The notes under the pieces: model-generated | What the model saw: the letters and a program-made list of their open reading frames with translations, nothing else | What the model was told of the DNA's origin: nothing | Databases searched by the model: none | Translations under genes and position numbers: made by a program | In this document: piece after piece, positions 1-8,915 of the stretch | Numbering within the stretch: the stretch's first letter is position 1 | Layout of the letters: every line of letters starts with the position of its first letter | Source: Methanocaldococcus jannaschii DSM 2661 | GTDB lineage: Archaea; AGJL01; Methanococci; Methanococcales; Methanocaldococcaceae | Assembly (NCBI RefSeq): GCF_000091665.1 | Contig: NC_000909.1 | Coordinates: 1,546,838 to 1,578,837 of the forward strand | DNA length: 32,000 nucleotides | Direction: 5' to 3'

Positions 1-146
1 CATATTATGCAATGCTTTCAAGAGGATATAATGGAGAAATAAAGCACATCTACAGAGAAGAAATTAAAATTAAAGATATCGCATTTTTATTATTTTCAAT
101 AATCATAACAGCTTTACTTGTATTATTTGATAGAGGGATACTATGA
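1..146 (+). CDS. C-terminal fragment of an ECF/cobalt transporter transmembrane component (CbiQ/EcfT-like); 5' end lies outside the window
   Basis: The frame is open from the window edge (..YYAMLSRGYNGEIKHIYREEIKIKDIAFLLFSIIITALLVLFDRGIL*). It has a hydrophobic tail. Its stop overlaps the ATG of the next ABC ATPase (ATGA), as in cbiQ-cbiO pairs. Confidence 0.55.
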   Translation, partial: YYAMLSRGYNGEIKHIYREEIKIKDIAFLLFSIIITALLVLFDRGIL

Positions 147-979
147 AAGAAATATATAGACTTGTTGATGTTTCATATAAATATCCTAATGGTTCTATTG
201 CTTTGGATAATGTAAATCTAAATATATACAAAAATGAGGTAGTAGCTATTTTAGGACCAAATGGAGCAGGAAAAACCACATTATTAAAAATTTTAGATGG
301 ATTAGTATTTCCAGATAAAGGAGAAGTTTATTTTGAAGGTAAAAAATTAACTGACGAAATATTAAGAGACAAAGAACTGATGAAAGAATTCAGAAGAAAA
401 GTTGGATTCGTTTTTCAAAATCCTGATGTCATGCTATTCAATCCAACTGTTTGGGATGAAGTGGCTTTTTCTCCTCTCCACCTTTACTCAAAAGAAAAGG
501 CTATTGAAGTTACCGACAAAACATTAAAAGACATGAAAATTTATCATTTAAAGGATAGGCATCCTTATAATCTAAGTGGTGGAGAGAAGAAAAAGGTTTC
601 AATATCGTGTATATTGTCTGTTGAACCAGAGGTTATTTTAATGGATGAACCTACATCTGCATTAGACCCAAAAAGTAGGGCTGAAATTATGAATTTAATA
701 AAATCATTTAAAGAGTGTGGAAAAACTGTGGTTTTAGTTACTCATGATTTAAATTTGGCTTGCTTGGCAGATAGATGCTACGTATTAAACAAAAAGGTTA
801 TATTCGAAGGAAAAGTAAAGGATTTATTTTCACTAAATTTGGATGAGTTAAATTTAGATGTTCCTGAGATATCTAAGCTTTTTATTAAATTGAAGAATAT
901 GGGTTATAATATAAATGAAATACCAGTTACATTAGATGAAGCAGTCAATATTATTTCAAAATTATTTCAAAAATATTAG
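143..979 (+). CDS. cbiO: ABC transporter ATP-binding protein, CbiO/EcfA-like (cobalt/ECF energy-coupling ATPase)
   Basis: Walker A GPNGAGKTT, ABC signature LSGGEKKKVSIS, Walker B ILMDEPTSALD and H-loop VTHD are present. It is translationally coupled to the upstream CbiQ-like fragment. Confidence 0.85.
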   Translation: MKEIYRLVDVSYKYPNGSIALDNVNLNIYKNEVVAILGPNGAGKTTLLKILDGLVFPDKGEVYFEGKKLTDEILRDKELMKEFRRKVGFVFQNPDVMLFNPTVWDEVAFSPLHLYSKEKAIEVTDKTLKDMKIYHLKDRHPYNLSGGEKKKVSISCILSVEPEVILMDEPTSALDPKSRAEIMNLIKSFKECGKTVVLVTHDLNLACLADRCYVLNKKVIFEGKVKDLFSLNLDELNLDVPEISKLFIKLKNMGYNINEIPVTLDEAVNIISKLFQKY

Positions 980-3627
980 GAAAGTAGCTTCTCTAAAATT
1001 CTTATTGCTTGCCATTTATCTAAAAATTCGTTAAATGTTCCACACTTTGTTGAGTATATGCAGAGAGGACATCCGTCTGCGCAGTTACAGTTTTTCAAAT
1101 GCTCTAAGCTTTTATTTAGCAGTTTTTCAGCATTTTCATATAGAATCTCCGCCAATCCAAAGCCTCCCTCATTTCCGTCATAGATGAAGATAACTGCTTT
1201 ATCCTTAAACAGATTTCTGTTGAATCTCTCATAGCTGTAGCCACCAATCTCTCTGCTGTCTATATAGGTAAAGATTGGAGTTATCTTTATAATATTATGC
1301 TCTATAGCATGCAAACCCCCAGCAATGCCGTCTTTGCTATCAATAAGCTTTTTTATCTTATAGGTTAGCTCTTCAACCTTTTTAGTGTCTTTTTTAACGT
1401 TTAAGTGCTTTTTAACTCTATTTTTAATAACATTCTTTATGTAAGTGAGTTGTAGCTCCCAAGTAAATTGGAAATAGCTCTTTTCTGCTGAGTTTTCTAT
1501 CTCTATAGATTGAGATAGCTAAATCATCCTCTTCTATCTTATCCAAGAAACTCAAAGAACTCTTCATTTGGTTAACATCCCTAATATAATCTGGAAATAA
1601 CATAACCATATTCCATCTGTCTCAAAGTCTCTAATAATCTTTTTGTTAAACTTAACACTTATAAAGTTCAAGCCAAAGAAATCCTTAAATAAATCAATCT
1701 CTGCATCTAAGATGCCATTATCTTTTAGAGCTAAAAGCTCTTGATAGTATTTATCAACATCAACTCCTCTAACAATAAATCCCTCATAAATCTTCCTAAC
1801 TCTCAATCTTCCATAATAGATGTCTATATCCTTATAGCTCTTTTTATCATAAATATCTAAGATGTCAATCTCTTCCTCTTTCTTCTGCAGTGCTTCAACA
1901 TCCCAAAACATATCCAACTCATCGGCAAATATAAAATGAAATTTCCTAATACCTATCTTGTCCTTGGCTATAAACAGCTTCCCTCTTGAAAAATAGGGCA
2001 TTCCAGTAATTAGAGAGCGGTAATACTCATCTTTATCAACCTCTTCAATAACATAGCCCTTAATCTTAAGCCAATTTATAAAACTCAAAATCTCACTTTG
2101 GGTTTTATTTAACAATTTAGATTTAATCCATGGTTTATCTAAGATTAAATAATAGCTCTCATCACTTGCAGTTCTTATTGATGAATAAATAGGCTGTTTT
2201 ACATTCCTTATCTCTGTCTTGTTGGTTATTGGGTTTTTATAAATCTTTATCTTCCCTTCTCTCTCAAGTTCTTTAACTATCTCCTTCTCAAAGTCATTAA
2301 GTTCATCAAAATCCACTATTTTTAACTCAGAGATTAAATAATGCAAGTGCTTCTTAGTAACAAATCTATTTTTTATATTTACTGGCATGTATTCAATAAT
2401 TCCTTTCCTAATCCTCTCATAAAGCTCATTTAGATGCTCTTTATAGTAATAATCTAAACCGTCCTTCCTTAGAACTATGATGTTTAAAGCTTCTTTATCT
2501 CTCCTCCCAGCCCTACCAAACCTCTGAATTAATGAAAATATGCCATCTGGTGGAATACCATAGTTTATAACTGCATCTAAATCTCCAATATCAATTCCAA
2601 GCTCTAAAGCATTGGTTGTTAATAAAGCTAATATCTCCCCATTTTTAAACTTCTCCTCTATCTCCTCCCTGACATACTTTGGCAGAGTGCCTTTATAGGT
2701 TGAGAGTTTATAAAAAACCTTAGAATTTAATAAAAATCTCATCAACTTCTCTGTCTCTTTCCTTGTATCAAAGAATACAAGAGTTTTTATATTGTTATCT
2801 ACTAAATTCTCTATCAATCTTCTCAACAACTGTTTATTGTCCAAATTCTTTGGCTCTAAGATTGCTAAATACTTCCTTGATGAAGGATTGTAGCTTTTAT
2901 CAACAACCTCAAAATCTCTATTAAACAACAATTTAACAAACTCTTTTGGGTTTTTTAAAGTTGCAGAGAGGCAGAGTATCTGCAAATTGTTATTTAATCT
3001 CTTCAAAAGCTTTAACAATCTCTTAAAAACATAAACCATGTTTGTTCCAAAGACTCCCCTATAAACGTGGAGTTCATCAACAACTAAGAGCTTTAAATTC
3101 TTTAAAAGCCATAAATAGTTGTTGTGGTTTTTTAATATTTGATAGTGAAGCATATCTGGAGTTGTAAATAATACATTTGGCTTATCCTTCAAAATCTCCC
3201 TTCTTTTCTCTAAGCCCACATCTCCAGTTAATATCTCTGCTTTAACTCTCTTGTTAGTTATTTTATAAAATAGCTCATTCTCCATAGAGAATTTTTCATA
3301 TTGGTTGTTTATCAATGCCCTTGTTGGATAAATAAGCAGATACCTATCGTCAGGATTTGACAAGAAGTTGTCAAATATAGCCAATCTAAAAATCTCACTC
3401 TTTCCACTTGCTGTTGATGTTGTAACAACCACATCTTTTTTATTGTAGAGATACTTTAAAGCCTTAACTTGATGTAAATATAATTTAAATCCTAAGGCAT
3501 CAATTAGCTCATTAATCTCTTTATTTTTAAATTTGAAGTTGGAGAATCTCCCTTTCCTCTCTGGGATTTTGTAAATCTTTATAATTTCTTTTTCAATGCC
3601 TTTAAATACATCTTCCATGACAATCAT
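976..3627 (-). pseudogene. Superfamily-2 DEAD/DEAH-box helicase with a C-terminal DUF1998 (MrfA/YprA-type) zinc domain, split over three reading frames
   Basis: The 687-aa ORF (1564..3627) carries motif I TSTASGKSE, motif II VVDELH, motif III LSAT and motif VI QRFGRAGRR. The collinear ORF 1424..1609, and then a frame open from 1518 to 976, continue the protein. The last piece has the cysteine cluster NCNCADGCPLCIYSTKCG. Two frame changes are needed, near 1600 and near 1500. Confidence 0.6.
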
Positions 3628-3858
3628 CTTCTATTGAATCTTTTCCATAAACGTTATTTATACTGGGAAATAAATTTTTAATGATTAATGCTAAATAGAT
3701 TTGTAATCTTGGATATTTAATATTGGGTAAACTGGTGAAATCATTTAAAATTTAAATAACCATAAGCTACCGCTCTATAATATCCATAAAAGGAAATATG
3801 ATTATAAAACTGACTTCAATAAATTTGGAGGATAATCATAATAAAAGAAATTTTAAAA

Positions 3859-4087
3859 TATAGTGTCTTTCAAAGTTGTTAAAATTAATATTAATAATGG
3901 ATATTTGAACGCTCTCCTATAGGGAGGTGTTCATTAATGCCTTAGTTATTCCAGAAACCATAGGGCTTCGCCTATTGGTATACCCAAATCCTTCTGAGTT
4001 GCACCTCCGAGCGTAAGCGAGGAGGTGTTAGATTTTTGATGAACCTTTTACTAAAAGGTTCTTTCAAAATGTTTTTGAAAGATACTA
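3859..4087. repeat. Composite MITE-like element (family E, copy E1) with GC-rich hairpin modules
   Basis: The termini TATAGTGTCTTTCAAA (3859) and TTTGAAAGATACTA (4087) are imperfect inverted repeats. Internal hairpins are 3907-3932 (GAACGCTCTCC/GGGAGGTGTTC), 4002-4027 (CACCTCC/GGAGGTG) and 4041-4061 (GAACCTTTT/AAAAGGTTC). Blocks are shared with the copies at 17557 and 21560. Confidence 0.6.
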
Positions 4088-4107
4088 ATAAAATATAAGG
4101 TGATAAA

Positions 4108-4674
4108 ATGATTGTTATCTTAGACAACGGAGGGCAGTATGTTCATAGAATACACAGAAGTTTAAAGTATATTGGAGTTAGCTCAAAGATAGTTCCAAAT
4201 ACAACACCATTGGAAGAGATTGAAAGCAATAAAGAAGTTAAGGGTATTATACTAAGTGGAGGGCCTGATATTGAAAAAGCTAAAAATTGTATAGATATTG
4301 CTTTAAATGCTAAACTCCCTATTTTGGGGATTTGTTTAGGACATCAATTAATTGCCTTGGCTTATGGTGGAGAGGTTGGAAGGGCTGAGGCAGAAGAATA
4401 CGCACTAACAAAGGTCTATGTAGATAAAGAAAACGATTTATTTAAAAACGTTCCAAGAGAGTTCAATGCATGGGCTTCACATAAGGATGAGGTTAAAAAA
4501 GTTCCAGAAGGTTTTGAGATTTTAGCTCATTCAGATATATGTCAGGTTGAAGCAATGAAACATAAAACAAAGCCGATTTATGGAGTTCAGTTCCACCCTG
4601 AAGTTGCTCATACAGAATATGGAAATGAGATTTTGAAAAACTTTTGTAAAGTTTGTGGTTACAAATTTGAATAA
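4108..4674 (+). CDS. guaAA: GMP synthase (glutamine-hydrolysing), glutamine amidotransferase subunit A
   Basis: It is a class I GATase with nucleophile elbow GICLGHQL and FHPEV histidine. It is 188 aa, as in archaeal split GuaA. SD AGGTGA lies 5 nt upstream of the ATG. Confidence 0.92.
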   Translation: MIVILDNGGQYVHRIHRSLKYIGVSSKIVPNTTPLEEIESNKEVKGIILSGGPDIEKAKNCIDIALNAKLPILGICLGHQLIALAYGGEVGRAEAEEYALTKVYVDKENDLFKNVPREFNAWASHKDEVKKVPEGFEILAHSDICQVEAMKHKTKPIYGVQFHPEVAHTEYGNEILKNFCKVCGYKFE

Positions 4675-4754
4675 CTAATAATAAAATTTATATAAGTTGA
4701 TATCAAACATACTAAACTATCCAAATAATTCAAATTCTTTTTTGTGGTGAAATT

Positions 4755-5324
4755 ATGTTAATGTTATTGTTAATTATTGTTGGATTAATACTTGCATTGA
4801 TTGTTTTAGGTATTGTGATTTATATTGTCTCAATATATAACAGATTCCAAACATTAAAAAATGGAGCTGAGGCAACATTGGGGCAGATAAGGGTTGCTTT
4901 AAAAAAGAGATTGGACATGATTAACCAGCTTGTTGAGGCAGTTAAAAGCTATGCAAGCTTTGAAAAGGAAACATTAACAAAAATAACTGAGCTGAGGAGT
5001 AGCGTATTGAAAGCAAACACAGCTGAAGAAATTCAAAATATTGAAAGAGAGTCAAGGAACATCTTAGGAAATATTTTAGTAGCTGTTGAAAATTATCCAG
5101 AGTTAAAAACCTCCGAGACAGTTAAAGAGTTGATGGATGCAATAAAGGAGATAGAGGATGAGATTGCAAGGCATAGATACACCTATAATAATATAGTCCA
5201 AGAGTTCAACACAAAAATAGATACATTCCCTTCAAATATTGTAGCAAATTTATTTGGATTTAGGAAGATGGATTATCTGCAGTTTGAAGAGGAGATATAT
5301 GAAAGACCTAAGATTAGCTTTTAA
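4755..5324 (+). CDS. LemA family membrane protein
   Basis: It has a single N-terminal TM helix followed by a LemA-like helical domain (..[48 protein letters not shown]). SD GGTGA lies upstream. Confidence 0.85.
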
Positions 5325-5353
5325 TTATTAATTTTAATTTTTAGGGGATTTTT

Positions 5354-7150
5354 ATGAGGGAGGAGAAGGAAATTATCATTGTCTGTCTTCTCATTTTTAT
5401 TGTGGGAGTTGTTGGAATTTTTTTGACCACATCATTTAACGGAATGAAATACACTTCTATATATATTAAAGACTATGAGGCAAATTTGTATATTGGGAAG
5501 AATTTAACATTAGAAGAAATTTACAGTTATGAGGTCTTAGAAGGTAGGAAGTACAGGATGCTATATAGAGATTGGAAAGCTCCATTGGTCTATAATGGCA
5601 GTTTAAATACCCCTTATGTAAAAGTTTTAAACCTCTCTACCTCATCAAAAGACATGGTTGGATATGTTGTTGATTATAAAGGAGACATTTTTGTATTTAG
5701 TGATGAGGACTGGATAAAAAGAAATATTGAAGAGATTGTAGATAAATATTATATAAGAAACGAAGTTGGATTCTATAACCCTCTTTACATACGCAATCCC
5801 GGAATTTATACAACAAGTTATAAGTTTGTCATATATCCTCCAATTGAGACCGACAATGTATTTTATCATATAAATTTAAAGCTTGCAGATGAACACCTCC
5901 CTTACAAAAATGTTAAAATTAATGTTATAGACGAAAATAACAGTATATTAGATTTGTTCGTCTATCCTTCAACATTCAAGGTTTATAAAACATATTTTGG
6001 TTATACTATTGAAGGAAGTAGTCCAAAGAATGACCCAATTGAAGTTGAAATGTTGTTAAAACCAAATTCAGTTAATGGATTCACAAGATATGTTTATAAT
6101 GTAGAGGGAAAAACAATATCTGCCTATAAAAAATATACTTTTGTAAGTAACATTGTAATGACTTTAAAATATCTCCTAATGGCAATAATTTTGTTATTTC
6201 CATTGATAGCTTATATCATATATTTAAAATTTGGAAAGGAGAAGTTTTATGTAGTTCCAGAATATTTAAGCTATGTTCCAAATAAAAATAGAAAACCATG
6301 GATTGTTAATCTCATATTTGCTGGAGATGCCGGATTTTTTGATAAAGAGGGATTTTATGCCACTTTATTGGACTTACATAACAGGGGCTATATAAAAATA
6401 ATGAACGGTGGAAAAATAGAGATTTTAAAAACAGATTTAGAAAATTTGGATGTATATGAATCAGATGTTATGAAGTTTTTGATGAAGTATTCAAAAAACA
6501 ATGTATTTGACCCTGAGTATATAAAATCCCTTGCTCAGAAATATAAATCTTCTAAGGATAAACTTAAGAAGTTAAAAGATGAGTTAGATAAAATTATGGA
6601 GTATCCAAGATATTCATCAAAAGTGGTAAATGCTTTCTTAGAAACAAGAGGAAAGAAGATAATTATAGCACTTTTAGTAATATCTATATTACTTGCAGTA
6701 TTCCTATATTTCATACCCAAATATTCCCAAACATTTAATGAGGTATTTTACCTCTCAATAGTATTTGTTGTCCAAAATATTATTTTGGCATTAACCCCTA
6801 CATCTCTGTTTGGAAGGTGGAAAGCCAATTATTATAAAGAAAAATTGGAGTGGGATGCGTTTAAAAACTTTTTATCCAACTTAGCGATGATTAAAAAATA
6901 TTCTCCGGAGGATATATCAATTTGGAAGGATTGGCTTATTTATGGAACAGCTTTAGGAGTTGGAGATAAAGTCGTTGAGGCGATGAAATCGTTAAACCTC
7001 TCTGAATTGGTTGCTGACTATGTAATAATTCACTCAAACTATGATTCAATGAAAACTTCTGTAGATAGTGTATATTCATCAACAACAGGCTCTGGCGGAG
7101 GATTTGGAGCAGGAGGAGGCTTTGGTGGCGGGGGAGGAGGAGCGAGATAA
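5354..7150 (+). CDS. DUF2207-like polytopic membrane protein with a Gly-rich C-terminus (usual LemA partner)
   Basis: It has an N-terminal TM helix, a large extracytoplasmic domain, several C-terminal TM helices and the tail [19 protein letters not shown]. It lies immediately downstream of lemA. Confidence 0.65.
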
Positions 7151-7216
7151 TTTTCATAAGTAAATTTTATTAATTTTGAAAGACCTACTATAAAAACAAA
7201 AACAAGAGGAGAAATA

Positions 7217-7996
7217 ATGGATAATAATAGAAAAGTTATAATTGTTGGAGCAGGTCCTGGAGACCCTGAGCTAATAACAATCAAAGGTAAAAAAGCTATA
7301 GAAGAGGCGGATGTAATTATCTATGCTGGTTCATTAGTCAATGAAAAGCTCTTAGAGTATAACAAAAAAAATGCTGAAATTTACAACAGTGCAAACATGA
7401 ACTTAGAGGAAATAATTGATGTGATGGTTAAAGCAGTTAATCAAGGAAAGAAAGTCGTTAGATTACACACAGGAGACCCTTCTATTTACGGAGCTATAAA
7501 GGAGCAGATTGATGAGCTATCTAAATATGGAATAGATGTAGAGATAATTCCAGGAGTTAGCTCCTTATTTGCAGCAACTGCTTCATTAAAAGTTGAGCTA
7601 ACTCTCCCAGAGGTTTCTCAGACAGTTATTATCACAAGACCAGAGGGAAGGACTCCAATGCCAGAAAAAGAAAAGTTGAGGGATTTAGCTAAGCATCAAT
7701 CAACAATGGCTATTTTTTTAGGCGTTTCAATGATTGACAAGGTTGTTAAAGAGCTAATTGAAGGTGGCTATAGAGAAGAAACTCCAGTGGCTGTTGTTTA
7801 TCACGCTTCATGGGATGATGAAAAAATAGTTAGAGGGACTTTAAAGGATATAGCTGAAAAGGTAAAAAAAGAGGGAATTAAAAAAACTGCACTAATAATT
7901 GTTGGAGAGGTTTTAAATCCAAAGTATTATGCATACTCTAAACTCTACGATAAGAATTTTGAGCATGAATATAGAAAAAGCCATAAAAAATTTTGA
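7217..7996 (+). CDS. cbiF: Precorrin-4 / cobalt-precorrin-4 C11-methyltransferase
   Basis: It has the tetrapyrrole methylase fold motif VIIVGAGPGDPELITIKG, then HTGDPSIYGA and PGVSS. SD GAGGAG lies upstream. Confidence 0.9.
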   Translation: MDNNRKVIIVGAGPGDPELITIKGKKAIEEADVIIYAGSLVNEKLLEYNKKNAEIYNSANMNLEEIIDVMVKAVNQGKKVVRLHTGDPSIYGAIKEQIDELSKYGIDVEIIPGVSSLFAATASLKVELTLPEVSQTVIITRPEGRTPMPEKEKLRDLAKHQSTMAIFLGVSMIDKVVKELIEGGYREETPVAVVYHASWDDEKIVRGTLKDIAEKVKKEGIKKTALIIVGEVLNPKYYAYSKLYDKNFEHEYRKSHKKF

Positions 7997-8025
7997 TGAA
8001 ACTTTTTTGAAAAGTTTCATTCTGA
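7994..8025 (+). repeat. Solo family-E-type hairpin (TGATGA - stem-loop - CTGA) at the cbiF stop codon
   Basis: The sequence is TGATGAAACTTTTTTGAAAAGTTTCATTCTGA, with a 9-bp stem GAAACTTTT/AAAAGTTTC. It is nearly identical in design to 4037-4061 (TGATGAACCTTTTACTAAAAGGTTC). The cbiF stop TGA is the first TGA of the element. Confidence 0.55.
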
Positions 8026-8090
8026 CTTTTGATAAAGATTTTGAACATGAATACAGGAAAAAGAAGTAAGAAAATTTTTATTTTTATTTT

Positions 8091-8303
8091 TTACTTATTT
8101 TTTCTCTCCTCTATTTTTTCAAGCAGTATCTTTAAATCAGTTTTTTTAGTAATGTCGGTTTCTTTCTCTAACAACTCTCTAACTTTCTGTTCAAGCTCTT
8201 CTAAGCTATTAACACTTTCTAAAAGCTCTTTAATAAACTCCATATTTGCCATATAAGGCAAAACATCAAACATCAACAATTCAATCTCTTTTCTTTGGTT
8301 CAT
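8091..8303 (-). CDS. Small hypothetical coiled-coil protein (70 aa)
   Basis: It has charged helical composition (..ELLESVNSLEELEQKVRELLEKETD..). It is co-oriented with the upstream membrane ORF and overlaps it by 23 nt. The competing + strand ORF 8029..8256 is low-complexity. Confidence 0.4.
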   Translation of the reverse strand: MNQRKEIELLMFDVLPYMANMEFIKELLESVNSLEELEQKVRELLEKETDITKKTDLKILLEKIEERKNK

Positions 8304-8655
8304 ATCTATCCCTTATAGCTATTTCTCTAACTATATGTGTTATCTGCCTTTCTAAGTTGTTTATTTTGGCATACAACCTATAAATTAAATAGAATAAGAC
8401 AACTATCGATATATATATAAGTGCATCAACTCCCCTACCAACCCCCAAAACTTCTGCAACATATCCAAAAAACTCTGGGAATACTAAAAATATTACAACG
8501 AAACCCCAGACAAAAATCCAAAATAATCCCTCATTAAAGCTTATACTTCTTCTTTTTAACTGCAACACAACCCTTGACAAGGCAAACAATGCAAATATAA
8601 CCCCAACTATTTGGATTAGTTCCATAAGTTTTTCCTCCAAAATTTTTATAAGCAT
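8281..8655 (-). CDS. Small integral membrane protein (DUF2304-like, 124 aa)
   Basis: There are three to four predicted TM helices and a basic C-terminal tail. No catalytic motifs are visible. Confidence 0.5.
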   Translation of the reverse strand: MLIKILEEKLMELIQIVGVIFALFALSRVVLQLKRRSISFNEGLFWIFVWGFVVIFLVFPEFFGYVAEVLGVGRGVDALIYISIVVLFYLIYRLYAKINNLERQITHIVREIAIRDRYEPKKRD

Positions 8656-8670
8656 GGGAAAACCCTATTG

Positions 8671-8766
8671 ACAAAGGACTTTACAGCTTTTTATACCATA
8701 TAAGGAATTTTGATGCCAAAGGCATCTTTATTCAATCATAAAATTTTATTTCTGTGAAAGTCCTGT
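8671..8766. repeat. MITE-like element, family F, copy F1
   Basis: The termini are ACAAAGGACTTTACAG and CTGTGAAAGTCCTGT (inverted). The core is GGAATTTTGATGCCAAAGGCATCTTT with hairpin GATGCC-AAA-GGCATC (8712-8726). The same core and TIRs occur at 29632-29727. Confidence 0.65.
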
Positions 8767-8772
8767 GATACC

Positions 8773-8837
8773 CTAACACCTCCTCGCTATGCCCGGAGGT
8801 GTAAATTAGCAAATTATTATCTTGAAAGACACACAAT
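8773..8837. repeat. Short family-E derivative (copy E4): one TIR plus the GC-rich hairpin module, abutting F1
   Basis: CTAACACCTCCTCGCTATGCCCGGAGGTGTAA (8773-8804) is the reverse complement of the module at 4002-4031, matching about 27/30. CTTGAAAGACACACAATA (8821-8838) resembles the family-E terminus TTTGAAAGACACTATA. Confidence 0.5.
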
Positions 8838-8915
8838 ATTTTCTCCAAAATTTTTATAAATCTTTTTTATAAATACTCTATCAAACCTCATATATATGCT
8901 TTAATAGGGATAATT

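Noticed and set aside
3628-3858. Imperfect inverted repeat AAATTTTTAATGATT / AATCATTTAAAATTT and ATGA/CTGA words upstream of the helicase start.
   Set aside because: It is entirely A/T-rich and imperfect, with no second copy in the window. This is the level expected by chance in promoter DNA of this composition.
5645-7284. Minus-strand ORFs 5645..5869, 6535..6720, 6936..7157 and 7039..7284. The last has a [16 protein letters not shown] run.
   Set aside because: All lie antisense to the long DUF2207-like gene or the cbiF start. The proline run is simply the complement of the Gly-rich (GGN) C-terminus. None has an SD sequence or family-like sequence.
7994-8025. Possible box C/D sRNA (UGAUGA ... 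CUGA).
   Set aside because: Only ~22 nt, mostly self-paired, separate the boxes. There are no internal D'/C' boxes and no guide-length single-stranded regions. It is kept only as a K-turn-like hairpin of the family-E type, not called as a C/D sRNA.
8029-8256. Plus-strand ORF of 75 aa (FIFIFYLFFLSSIFSSS..).
   Set aside because: It is a low-complexity translation of a T-rich terminator region and the antisense of the more protein-like 8091..8303 minus-strand ORF. It begins inside the duplicated cbiF 3' relic.
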